NCBI RefSeq assembly: GCF_006345805.1
Contig: NC_043001.1
Coordinates: forward strand, 126,232,001-126,296,000
Direction: 5' to 3'
DNA length: 64,000 bases
Origin: Octopus sinensis
Lineage: Eukaryota
Part shown: one piece after another, positions 1 to 11,904 of the stretch
Position numbering within the stretch: the first letter of the stretch is position 1
Layout of the letters: each line of letters opens with the position of its first letter
Made by a program: the position numbers and the translations under genes
The notes under the pieces: generated by a model
The model's database searches: none
What the model was told of the DNA's origin: nothing
Seen by the model: only the letters and a program-made list of their open reading frames with translations

Positions 1-44
1 TTGTTATTGATTGAATTAAGTATGTTTTCAGGAACAATATTCTC

Positions 45-444
45 TTTTACTCTTTTACTTGTTTCAGTCATTTGACTGCGGCCATGCGGGAGCACCGCCT
101 TTAGTCGAGCAAATCGACCCCGGGACTTATTCTTTGTAAGCCCAGTACTTATTTTATTGGTCTCTTTGCCGAACCGCTAAGTGACGGGGACGTAAACACA
201 CCAGCATCGGTTGTCAAGTAATGCTAGGGGGACAAACACAGACACACAAACACACACACACACATATATATATAGATATACGACAGGCTTCTTTCAGTTT
301 CCGTCTACCAAATCCACTCACAAGGCATTGGTCGGCCCGGGGCTATAGCAGAAGACACTTGCCCAAGATGCCACGCAGTGGGACTGAACCCGGAACCAAG
401 TGGTTGGTTAGCAAGCTACTTACCACACAGCCACTCCTGCGCCT
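45..444 (-). mobile_element. tRNA-derived SINE, family A (full length, about 400 bp)
   Basis: Minus strand begins AGGCGCAGGAGTGGCTGTGTGG (A-box-like) and GGTTCAGTCCC (B-box-like), has a central (TA)/(TG) tract, and ends GCTCCCGCATGGCCGCAGTCAAATGACTGAAACAAGTAAAAG. Near-identical copies occur throughout the window. Confidence 0.9.
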
Positions 445-924
445 GTTTGGAATAAACTAATGCATTCTATAGTGACATTTACAAAATGTACATATCCAAC
501 CAATGAGAAATAAGGGGGTAATTTATGTTAAGCACTTCTCATAAATCACTCCCTTCTCAGAGCGCGGGTATTATGCACTTGGTGGTAAGTTCAAATAACC
601 ATGTCAATTAAATACTATAATTTAATATGGTTAATTGATTTAATTAATTTCATGAGGATGGATGAAGTGTCGCCACACATATATAATTTCAGTTACTGTT
701 TCACAATTAGTCTCAATCGATTGAATAATGAGAAGCAAGAGCTGACGGGGAGAAGAGAGACGTTCAGAACCAAAACCTGATACTAAACGGAAGAAGAAAG
801 AAGGTAATTATAAATACAATATATCACTGTATCCATATCATGCGACCAAAGTAGCAATTTTATTTGCTTGATTTACAAGTATGCTTATAGGTAAATAAGA
901 TGTGGAATTGTTAGCTAGAAAAAA

Positions 925-981
925 TTTTACTTTTACTTGTTTCTGTCATTTGACTGCGGCCATGCTGGAGCACTGCCTTTA
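925..981 (-). mobile_element. Isolated 3' tail of SINE family A (LINE-type tail), 13 nt downstream of the 5S copy
   Basis: Minus strand TAAAGGCAGTGCTCCAGCATGGCCGCAGTCAAATGACAGAAACAAGTAAAAGTAAAA matches the family A tail. Confidence 0.85.
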
Positions 982-994
982 CAAAGTGTGTGAC

Positions 995-1112
995 GCTTAC
1001 AGCACTTAGGTTTCTCAAGCGGTCACCCATCTAAGTACTAACTAGGCTCGACGTTGCTTAACTTCGGTGATCGGACGGGAACCGGTGCTTTCAACGTGAT
1101 ATGGCCGTAAGC
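995..1112 (-). rRNA. 5S rRNA copy, full length 118 nt, probably a pseudogene or SINE head
   Basis: Reverse complement GCTTACGGCCATATCACGTTGAAAGCACCGGTTCCCGTCCGATCACCGAAGTTAAGCAACGTCGAGCCTAGTTAGTACTTAGATGGGTGACCGCTTGAGAAACCTAAGTGCTGTAAGC is colinear with metazoan 5S. It has a G>A change in the C-box region, no oligo-T terminator directly after it, and is a solitary copy. Confidence 0.93.
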
Positions 1113-1284
1113 AATATTTAACTTGTATTTTTAAAACTTTCGTGTATTTTCTGTAAAGTTATTTACGTAGCTTATTACTCTATCAAAGTTCTTTCGTCAC
1201 GCCTCCTGTGACCTCTTCAGTGATTCTATCTTCTATGTGTCTTCTCTTGTCCTGCCTATTCCATTTTGTCCTTCTGTGGTGTTT

Positions 1285-1482
1285 TATTCTTTTACTTGCT
1301 TCTGTCGTTTGACTGCGGCCATGCTGAAGCACACCCTTTCGTCGAACAAATCGATCCTAGGATTTGTTCTTTGTAAGCCTAGTACTTTTTCTATCGGTAT
1401 CTTTTGCCGAACCGCTATATTATGGGGTCGTAAACACACCAACATCGACTATCAAGCGATGGTGGGGGGACAAACACAGACT

Positions 1483-1530
<48 letters not shown>

Positions 1531-1694
1531 CGACGGGCTTCTTTCAATTTCCGTCCACCATATCCACTCAGAAGGCTTTGGTCGGCCCGAGGCTATGGTA
1601 GAAGACACTTGCCCAAGGTGTCACGCAGTGGGACTGAACCCGGAACCATGTGGTTGGGAAGCAAGCTTCTTACCACTCAGTCACCCCTGCGCCT
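1285..1694 (-). mobile_element. SINE family A copy
   Basis: Same head, body and tail as 45-444, diverged. Confidence 0.88.
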
Positions 1695-1724
1695 ATTTAC
1701 ATAGCTTTTATTCATTTATTACTT

Positions 1725-2330
<606 letters not shown>

Positions 2331-2721
2331 TGTGATGTTGTTTATCAAAGCAAAATATGCTTTAGTTTCAGAAAGAAAAATAAATGGTAAGAGCCATGGA
2401 AAAAGAAAGCGTCTTATAATCGAGGGAGGAAGGAAGGAAGGAAGTTATTGCAGGAATAGAAGTAAAGGTATTGTCAAATGAGAAATGAGTGGGTCCTCCG
2501 TCGGTTTCAACGAGGAAAATTCAGTTGTTTGACCAACTGAATTGCTACTTGCGAAATTGATGTCAGTGTTCAAGTGGCTGAGTATTCCGAAGACGTGTGT
2601 ACATTTAAAAAAGCTAGTCGAAAGGAAACTATATACTGAGAGGCATTCCGCCTGACATTTTAATGAATATACGAATTCGCCGTTTTAATACGCATGAATA
2701 TAAATGTTAATTAGAGTGTGG

Positions 2722-2769
<48 letters not shown>

Positions 2770-3025
2770 TGAGTATGTGTGTGTATGTGTGTGTGTGTGT
2801 GTGTGTGTGCTTTCAAAAGAAATTATTACAATGTCTTAAATGTGTGGGTGACAACTTGATTCCCTTTTTCTGAAGAGGAGGATGACGATACTTAGACTTT
2901 TATTATTTATAAAAGTACATCGTCTAGAATACATCCATACATACACTCACACCGTCACACATATATATGTGTATGTATAAGTATACACACACATATGTGT
3001 GTTTGTACATCTATGTATATATATA

Positions 3026-3056
<31 letters not shown>

Positions 3057-3067
3057 ATACGTATATA

Positions 3068-4270
3068 CGAGGGTGGGCTGAAAAGTTCACAGGCTGACTG
3101 TGAAGGAGTGATACTAGAGCTGTGAAATCTTGCATGAATTAATTTCAACACTTCTTATTAATAATTTCATTGTTTTTTCCATGTAAACTGACATCTTACT
3201 GTTCAAAAAACACTTCAAAAGTAACTAGTAGCAACTTTTCTTGAAAATGGACAAAATTTGGCATCGGGTTTAGACGCCAGGGACATTTATACTGACATGG
3301 TTGCTACATTAGGGAATGATGCTCCAGATTTATCAACAGTGCAAAGGTATGCAGCTGAATTTTTAAGAGGAAGGGTCTTAAAGACGACCCAAGATTTGGA
3401 CATCCTGCATCTGCCCTCCACTGAGGAAAGCATTAACTGTGTTCACCATATGGTGATGGATGACAGCCGATTGACTATAAATCAAAGAGCCAATGCTATT
3501 AGCATATCTCTTGAGAGAGTTGAGAATATTCTGCACAATGAACTTGGCATGACGAAGGTTTCTGCTCGGTGGGTTCCACATCTGACACATGATCAAAAGC
3601 GCACCAGGCTGATCACATCATGGGAAAATCTGACATTGTTTCAGACAGATCAAGCTGGTTTCTTAGAACGTTTTCTAACCCAGGATGAGTATTGGCTTCA
3701 TCACTTTGAGCCAGAGACAAAGAGGTAATCCATGCAGCGGAAACAGCCTTCTCCACCTGCTTCAAAGAAGGCCAAGATAATTTCATCTACAGTTTTTGAG
3801 ACGACTATATTCAAAAGTGCCAATGGAGAGTACTGTGCCAACTTGCTCAGACAGGTACGAAAGTCTATCAAGACCAAACGTTCAAGAAAACTGACGATAG
3901 GGGTGTTGTTTCATTGGGACTATACTCTAGCAGACAAGTCTTTGATTTCAATTACTACCATGCGTGACTGTGGCTCTGAACTGGTTGATCACCCTGATTA
4001 TTCTCCTGATTTGGCCTCATCTGACTATCATATGTTACTCAACACGAAAAAATACTTGGCTGGGAACCAGTACCGCAGTGATGATGATGCTACATCTGTT
4101 GGTGATGACTTTCTTTTACTAACAGGATGAAAGCTTCTTCACCAATGGTATCCAAGCACTGCAGCACCGATGGAAGTAGTGTGTGGATTGCAAGGGATAG
4201 TATGTTAAAAAATTGGTCACATTCCATGAGAGTATCTTGGCTAGCCTCAAAACTTTTCAGCCGACTCTGG
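3068..4270 (+). mobile_element. Mariner transposon, full length but decayed
   Basis: TA followed by TIR CGAGGGTGGGCTGAAAAGTT, and AACTTTTCAGCCGACTCTGG at the right end (17/20 match). Transposase motifs WVPHLT and YSPDLASSDY are present. Confidence 0.93.
3258..4130 (+). pseudogene. Mariner DD34D-type transposase pseudogene
   Basis: ORFs 3258-3728 and 3732-4130 carry ARWVPH, TQDEYWLHHFEPETKR, LFHWD and HPDYSPDLASSDY, broken by a stop codon. Confidence 0.9.
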
Positions 4271-4446
4271 GTGGGGTTGTAAATGTGTGGATATATATAT
4301 GTGTGTGTGTGTATGTGTGTGTGTGTATGTGTGTGTGTGTGTGCGTGTGTGTATGTGTGTGTGTATGTATAGATAATACATATATGCATTATATATATGT
4401 ATATGTATATATAATGTATATATATATTATACATACATACATACAT

Positions 4447-4491
<45 letters not shown>

Positions 4492-4526
4492 GTATGCATA
4501 TATAATATATATATACATTATATATA

Positions 4527-4609
<83 letters not shown>

Positions 4610-4862
4610 ACTACACACACATAAATAAATATATAATATTGCTCGAAATGTGGAATAGATAAAACAGCCGACAAATGATGAAGGGTCGTTATTTATGCTA
4701 CTTGTCTTGTTTTCCATTTGTTTCTTCCGTTGTTCGCAAAAAAGTTCATATCGTATGTTTTCGTATTTCGTATTTTGTTTACATTTTATACCCATATGTG
4801 CATATGTATATACATGTATATGTAAGTATGCATACATATAAATGTATATATGCATATATATA

Positions 4863-4904
<42 letters not shown>

Positions 4905-4944
4905 TAAAAAATGGAGTTAACGCAGGTTTAAACAAGTATTTTTA

Positions 4945-5028
4945 CTTTCTACATATGTTTCGAAAATTCCACTGATACTATTCAAATGAATAAAAGGTAT
5001 AAACAATGCAATCTTCTCTTCGGGAAAG
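4945..5028 (-). ncRNA. Type I hammerhead ribozyme in the Naiad 3' terminal repeat (CCGAAGA core)
   Basis: CTTTC-CCGAAGA-GAAGA-[45 nt]-TTTTC-GAAACATATGT-A-GAAAG. Stems I and II pair, and stem III is the palindrome ACATATGT. Confidence 0.7.
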
Positions 5029-5229
5029 TGAAAAAACGAAACTCGTCAATACGACATTTTAGCAAAAAATGATGGATTCGTATAGCGATAGACAGAACGC
5101 TATTAATATTGTTTAAAAAAACGTTATGTGATATAACGTCATAAGTAGCTAACAGAAAGAGTAGGGATATTAATAGTGAATGTTAAATATAAAGGAAATT
5201 AAAGTTTAAACTATATATAATGATAGAGA

Positions 5230-5769
5230 CTACTTATATGAACTAAAAGTATGTTTCTGCCAATGCTTACATCTGTATGCGCGTTCTATAACCGTGTTTA
5301 CTAGAGTATTTTTAGAAAAAATAATGAAAAATAGCTCAGAATTGCAGAGAAGACAGAATTTCTTGCCTTTGTCATATGGTATCGAAATTGAGAGGATCAA
5401 CCATTCTAAATGAAATTGTTCATTGTGGTCTTTTAAATCCCAAATCAGTTTGCTGAGACCAGTACTATTCCGTTTATTTCTATCCCTAAATGTTGAGTAA
5501 TGGATAGAAATTCTTTTAGATAACTCTAACGATGTGCTTCCAATGTAAAATCGTACTTTATTACGAGTACTGATTATACACTGGTATATAGAATTTTTAA
5601 TCTTAGAGTTACTTGACATAAATTTAATTCTATTGGAATTGACTTCGGATACAATAACCTTGTTATTAATATTTCTAGAGGGTTGGATGGTATTAGCTAA
5701 ATTAATGTTAGTATTAGTAAATGTATTAATATTTAACAGTTTGTTATTATGAGAAGATATAATTTGCAA
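5230..5769 (-). CDS. PLE GIY-YIG endonuclease
   Basis: IISSHNNKLL linker, FYIGST and CLLC/RCKH motifs. It joins the RT frame if one A is removed from the A7 run near 5774-5780. Confidence 0.88.
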   Translation of the reverse strand: MQIISSHNNKLLNINTFTNTNINLANTIQPSRNINNKVIVSEVNSNRIKFMSSNSKIKNSIYQCIISTRNKVRFYIGSTSLELSKRISIHYSTFRDRNKRNSTGLSKLIWDLKDHNEQFHLEWLILSISIPYDKGKKFCLLCNSELFFIIFSKNTLVNTVIERAYRCKHWQKHTFSSYK

Positions 5770-6934
5770 GAGATTTTTTTGTGTTTGAAAAACCTATCCT
5801 AACCTTATGTGAATTAATTATAGAGTAATATCTAGAATTGTTTGGAAAATTCCTAGCAATAGCTTGACGAAACAGCAGTGGGAGATTAGATTTAATTTGT
5901 CTACCGTAAGGAATTATTAACCAAATATTTTTACTAGTATTCATAGCGTAATTACTTTTGAAGGTGTTATATTTACTTTTAGATCGGTAATAGGGGAATA
6001 AATAAGGCTTATCCGCCTTCATTCGCTTTGTATCGGTGCGTAAGTTATGTTTGTTATCAATAATTCTTTTACGACTAGAAATCTTATCTACATTATTGAA
6101 TTTACAATTAGACTGAGCAGAATCAATGTAGAAAATTTTTTCTGTATAACCTGCTTTGATTAAGGCAGAGTTATAGAATTCAGCGTTATTATTGAAAATA
6201 TCAACATTAGCAGATAATTTAGATAATCTAAATGAAATATTCTTAACTAAATTCTTAGTAATTGCTCCAGGATGATTACTAAATTTGCTAATGTACTTAA
6301 GATTGGTCAACGGTTTATGATATGGGAAGTAAGAGTCACTGTGTAAATTAAGCGTAATATCTAAAAAGTTGGCCTTCGTCAGATCGTCATCAAAAACGAT
6401 TTTTAAGTCCATTCTGCTGAAAAAATTAACTAAACTATTCTTAACTTTTTGTACCTTTTGGTTGGAAACATTTTGGAGGTAAAGTAAACAATCATCACGA
6501 TATAGACCTCCATAAATGTTAGGGAACTCTTCAGCCATTTCAAAAAGAATATATATACAGACCAAATCAGCTATCTGTGCTGAATCAGAACTTCCAATTG
6601 GTATATCGAAACTATCTGGTGTGTCTTTACGGACCCACAACTTATCATCAAATTTAATAATAGATCTTCTGGCTGCCAACACAACATCAATTTCTTCTCG
6701 GGTGAGACCAGTTTTGTTATGAGCAAGCCAAAGTGCCTTATTAAGTACTATTGGATTAATAGACGAATAAAAATTGGAAATATCAAACTGGATAAACTTT
6801 GTACTCACCTTACTGTTAATAGACCTAAACCAGTCAACTACGTCAAATGAATTAGTCCATAAACTAAGTTTTAATGTTTTGATTAAATTAGGAATATATT
6901 TATCTAGTATATTTTTACTAAGGTAACTATTTAT
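5747..6934 (-). CDS. PLE reverse transcriptase plus thumb/linker (frameshifted from the endonuclease)
   Basis: The track ORF 5747-6808 extends upstream in frame (INSYLSKNILDKYIPNLIKTLKLSLWTNSFDVVDWFRSINSKV) to a TAA near 6935. Confidence 0.88.
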   Translation of the reverse strand: MNSYLSKNILDKYIPNLIKTLKLSLWTNSFDVVDWFRSINSKVSTKFIQFDISNFYSSINPIVLNKALWLAHNKTGLTREEIDVVLAARRSIIKFDDKLWVRKDTPDSFDIPIGSSDSAQIADLVCIYILFEMAEEFPNIYGGLYRDDCLLYLQNVSNQKVQKVKNSLVNFFSRMDLKIVFDDDLTKANFLDITLNLHSDSYFPYHKPLTNLKYISKFSNHPGAITKNLVKNISFRLSKLSANVDIFNNNAEFYNSALIKAGYTEKIFYIDSAQSNCKFNNVDKISSRKRIIDNKHNLRTDTKRMKADKPYLFPYYRSKSKYNTFKSNYAMNTSKNIWLIIPYGRQIKSNLPLLFRQAIARNFPNNSRYYSIINSHKVRIGFSNTKKSLANYIFS

Positions 6935-6975
6935 TTATTTTTCCGTGTTAATTGTTAACAAGGTAAAATACACTC

Positions 6976-7007
<32 letters not shown>

Positions 7008-7015
7008 GTACATGT

Positions 7016-7408
7016 CAGGCACGTGCCGTCAGTAATTCCTCAAGGTAGGCACTTGGTAACGTTTATGTAGTAAAACACACAAAAAAAGCGAAACACAGGC
7101 ACGCGATTGAGTTATAGGCAGATTTACTTCTGCCTTTATAGCGCATAAAGAAAACGTTGTTGTAGGAATGTACACAGCACGTGTACTACAGCAGTCTTAT
7201 GCGTAGCTTTAATACTGAGATTGAAAGGCAGGGGCGAATTATGCCTACCTAATCTACAAAAAAAAATAGAATATTTTGTAACCAGAGTAACCTTCATAAT
7301 TTTATTAAATTACGTGCAAATTTTGCCATAAATGGGAAATGTTTCTATTGATCTGTTTTATTCAGGACAGGCACTGCCTACCTTCCCTGCCCAGGCGGCA
7401 CGTCCCTG
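7016..7408. mobile_element. hAT-like MITE
   Basis: Imperfect TIRs CAGGCACGTGCCGTC...AAGGTAGGCA and TGCCTACCTT...GGCGGCACGTCCCTG, with a degraded 8-bp TSD GTACATGT/ATACATGC. Confidence 0.72.
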
Positions 7409-7419
7409 ATACATGCAAA

Positions 7420-7680
7420 TAATATACACGCGAGAGATATATACGAGACATGGAAAGTAGCTACAGGACAAAAACGAGTGAAATACCTAAACAACGAGAA
7501 AAAATTGGAAAACAGGATAAGTTAACACAGAAAAAGGATCCTTCGTCAGTTGTCGGCTGTCTGTCTACTCCTCATTTCGAGCATTCAAACGGCAATATGA
7601 GTCTTGAATGACAGTAGTTCCCATAAATTCTAAAAGAAATTTAAGTCAATGTTGGGAACAAAAAAAAAAAAATTCAGTGG
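7420..7680 (-). mobile_element. PLE terminal-region fragment (related copies at 4630-4800 and 47660-47880)
   Basis: Shared GCTCGAAATG.GGA.TAGA...CCGACAACTGAYGAAGG block. The 47.7-kb copy is contiguous with a Naiad endonuclease remnant. Confidence 0.6.
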
Positions 7681-8104
7681 AGACATACAACGAAACCGAA
7701 TGAATACAGACAGGGAGGGGCATAATATAATTAAAGAGGAATGTAGAAATACATTACGAAGGACATATCATAAACAATTCATAATCATTTATTAATTATT
7801 TACGAATATATCAATGTTTGTGAGTGGTTATAGTGGCTTTATAGCTGTTTTTGCTGCTATTTCTAGACATGCAAAGGTTTTCGCAACCCTCTCCGTTATA
7901 TATATATATATATCACGGAACAGTATATTATATATAATGTACTGTTCCGTGATGGCAAGATCAACAAAAAAAAGTACTCTATCTGGTGAGAGATAAATAT
8001 TATTCAATAGAGACAATGCATGTATTTATGTGCTACTAAAAGTTTCATGTGTTGGGAAATATCTCAAACATATTCATCAGTCACAAACCACATATCAAAG
8101 CGAA

Positions 8105-8335
8105 ATTAAAAAAATGTAGTAGGATTTGAATACAAACTATTATTTAGCACTTTTGTTCCTTTCAAAGATTCATCATGAATGACTTCTTATAGAAAATTAA
8201 CACATTTTATTTACAAGTGAGTTAGTTGAAAAGATCTGAAGTTGAAGTTTCTATACGAAATCGTTCATGAAAGGAACGAAAGTGCTAAATAAATAATTTT
8301 TAATCTAAATTCTGTCGGCATTCTTTTTCTTAATA
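8105..8335. mobile_element. Old fold-back/MITE-like element
   Basis: Imperfect inverted arms of about 80 bp with core ATTTAGCACTTTTGTTCCTTTCA / TGAAAGGAACGAAAGTGCTAAAT. Confidence 0.6.
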
Positions 8336-8729
8336 CATAAAATCTGTACGAAGCAAGCTTCTTCACCGAATTTAGTGTACTTTTCTCCAAATTTTCAATT
8401 ATATTTTGAAAGTATGAAGACATTCCACTTCCCTCATTTTCTTTATTTTGAAGGTAACAGTGTGACTAAACTAATGATATTTGAACTTAGTCGCTTAACA
8501 ATTTTGATGATATCTTAAACTTTAGATCTGATATTCTCAACAAATACAGACATCCCAGGACGTACTTTGTAGCACCCTGGAGACGCACAAGATCACATGG
8601 TTAAGCGGATTTACAACCTTGCGATTCGTCATGAAGATACACATACATATGCATGCCGCGCGCGCACGCATTCACACGCACACACACGCACACACACATA
8701 CAAACAAACACATATATATCAACATATGT

Positions 8730-10001
8730 GTGATGTATAGCAAAAACATCCTGAATGGTGTCTTTCAACTGTGTTACATTGCGGGAATTTTTCTCCTCAA
8801 CCCTCTTTTCAAAACACCCCTTAGATGTTTTGTTGGGTTTAAATCAGGTGACATGGTAGGCCAAGGCAATAACTTTACCTTTTTATCTGATAAAAACTTA
8901 GTCGTCATCTTTGAAGAGTGTTTAGGGTCATTGTCATGCTGGAACATGGAATGTTCATCTAGTTCCTTGTTTTCTGCAACATGTCACCATAGAGCCTTGA
9001 ATTCATTGTTCTCTCAATAAATGTGAGTCCTCCCACACCAGCCGCACTCATGCATCCGCAAAGCATACACGGTGCATTTGTAGCTATTATTTTCACCTGG
9101 TCATTGCCATACTTGTTTAATACCATCTGACCCAAACAAGTTGATTTCAATCTCGTCAGAAAAAAGAGTTTTATTCCAAAACTCCTTCCCCTTACTCACA
9201 TAGGTTTCGGCAAAAGAAAGACGACTTGATTTATGCCTGGTAGTGAAGAGAGAATTCCTACGAGGAATGCATCCATGAAGATTACACTGGTTGAAACTTC
9301 GCCGAACTGTTTGGGCAGATACACTCTTTCCACTAACAGAAGACACTTCTTGGGCCAAAGACGAAGCGGTACGACGCCTGTCATCCATCACGCAACGCTG
9401 GATGTGGCGAATATCACGGGCAGTTAAAATAGAAGGACGACTTGGACAATGTTTATTGCTTAACAATCCAGTAGCTTTGTACTTCTGGATTACTTTGGCA
9501 ACTGTGTTTACGCTAATATGTATTCGTTTGCAAACTAACTTGTCTCCTAAACAATTCTTGTGCACATAAAAAAATTTTCTTCAAATCTTCAGACAATTCT
9601 TTTCCTTTTGGTACCATTTTAAACACAATGAAGACGATTTTTTTTACCACGGCACACAAATCAGAATTCCTGCAAATGGAATAACTCTGACCGGTGCAAA
9701 AATGCCAGGCGAAATAATTTATTAGAATTGAAATTATCAGCAGTATCTGGATTTAGTAAAAAAAAAGTGGATAAAATATTGAATATAGCAAATTTCCTTT
9801 AGGGTGTACATATTTTTCTAACATTTGAAAATTAATATTTCGTTCATATCTTAATTGTTTTGTGTTCCAAATTTGTATAATGTTTGCATGCATAATATAT
9901 TTTACTCAGTATGAATTTCCTTTGAATTCTTTCAATATAGTGGCAGTAATGGCAATTTTACTGAAACTTTTTAGGGGTGTACATACTTCTGTGAGATACT
10001 G
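8730..10001 (-). mobile_element. Tc1-like transposon with IR/DR-type end, 3' truncated, decayed
   Basis: TA then CAGTATCTCACAGAAGTATGTACACCCCT at the 5' end, with an inner repeat near 9800-9815. Protein pieces include an HTH, VSAQTVRR, FSDEIEINLFGSDG, QHDNDPKH and WPTMSPDLNP. Confidence 0.9.
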
Positions 10002-10113
10002 TATATACACACATATATTTATAGTCATGTAAATGTATACAAAGACATGCGCACACACATACATACATATATACATACATACACACATTTATACATTTGT
10101 GTGTGTGTGTGTG

Positions 10114-10147
<34 letters not shown>

Positions 10148-11065
10148 TGTATGTATGTATGCATTGTAACACAAATACGTTTACCATAACAAGGCAATTA
10201 TATAAATTCAAATTCACAGTGATATACCGGTGTGCACGCACATCTCACACACACATCTAAACATATTCAGTGAGATACATGCTCATACACTCAGATATAT
10301 GTGTACCCGTGTGTATGTATGTATGTATGTATGTATGTATGTATGAATGTATGTGTGTGTATGTATGTATGTATGTATGTATGTATGTATGTATGTATGT
10401 ATGTATGTATGTATGAATGTATGTGTATGTATGTATGTATGTATGTATGTATGTATGTATGTATGTATGTATGTATGTGAGTACTCACACGTCTTAAAGC
10501 ATCTTTGAAGATTTATTTAGTAACAAGAAGTATTTAATGAGGTCAAAACTATTTTGAATGAAATACAATGAAAGAGGAGAGTGCTAATTGCTGACATAGG
10601 GTTATTGCTGTATTGCAGTAGAAAATATCTCAACTACAACATCCGGGTAATTGAGATTCAAGCCATCCACATTGACGTAGAAAGTTTTTACTTTCATGCA
10701 CATATTATATATGCATATTCATATTCTTATGTACGTACGCAAAAACACATGTTTCACAAACATACTTATATATGCACATACATATGTACGTATGAGTGTA
10801 ATATATATATATATATATATATATATACACTCACACACGGAGATGATTACTTTCAGGAGCACGCGCACACACACACATACACACACACATGCATGCATGT
10901 ACACGGTGACTTTCGCGCACACTGAAATACGTGAATATAAGTCATAAAATATAAACGCATATTCTTTCTATTTGCTCCCCCTCTCTCTTTGTCTCTCATT
11001 CTCTACTTCCCCCCATACCGCTTTTCCTCTCCCTAACTGTGTTGAATATATATATATATATATAT

Positions 11066-11164
<99 letters not shown>

Positions 11165-11460
11165 GTAAATTCCCAAAAACAACAACGCGAGGACGTGGTA
11201 CGTGTAAAGTATAGCAGACGCTCAGTGAAGCAAAGAAAGACGGTTTAACGTTTCGAGCAGACGCTCTTCTTCGGAAATAGAAGGGGGGACGGAAGAAGAA
11301 AATCGCCAACGATTCACATACAAATGTAAGATCTAGGGATCGAGTCGTAGGAAGAAGGTTAGCTTCGAGCAATCTAACTGATTCTTCTTTGCGTCGACAT
11401 GTAACTTTTAATCAAATCAAGGCAGCCTTACTCTGAAGAGCAGCCGGCGGTATACACCTC
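11165..11460 (-). mobile_element. Non-autonomous PLE terminal module (family C) with a hammerhead-like motif
   Basis: Minus strand TTT-CCGAAGA-A-GAGC-GTCT-GCTC-GAAACGT-T-AAAC at 11243-11278. The ACAACGCGAGGACGTGG block is shared with copies at 14.9, 34.3 and 56.3 kb. Confidence 0.7.
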
Positions 11461-11645
11461 ACTTGGGTTTTACAACTTCTGAGGTTCTACTCGCTATGAA
11501 ACATGTAGACCTGATTTTTCCTACTCCATTCCGTAACTCTTGTGTGTATATATGTGTGTGTGTGTGTGTATGCATTGACAGAGAGGTAGACAGACATACA
11601 GACAGATAGATAGATGGATAGATAGATAGATAGATAGATAGATAT

Positions 11646-11709
<64 letters not shown>

Positions 11710-11904
11710 TTGTACATACATATATATACATATATATGTGTGTATGTATTTATGTATACATACATGCATGCATATATACACACATACAAACACACACATA
11801 CACACAAACATACATGCATACACACGTAGTATCCGAGAAAATGTATACACCACGTAACAGCTGGTAACTCAATTTTCATTTCCTTTTTGATTCAACCCAG
11901 TAGA

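Larger units (their letters stand above)
4900..6975 (-). mobile_element. Penelope-like retroelement, Naiad type, near-complete coding region, 5' end lost at a (TA)n tract
   Basis: RT motifs FIQFDISNFYSSI, FDIPIGSSDSAQIADLV, GLYRDDCL, NFLDITL and SNHP; C-terminal GIY-YIG (IYQC...FYIGST...R...H...STGLSKLIWDLK...CLLC...E...RCKH); 3' terminal region carries a hammerhead. Confidence 0.92.

Noticed and set aside
5030-5230. SECIS element or selenocysteine recoding, known from some Naiads
   Set aside because: There is no in-frame TGA in the ORFs, and the ATGA at about 5140 lacks the opposing GA quartet and AA loop.
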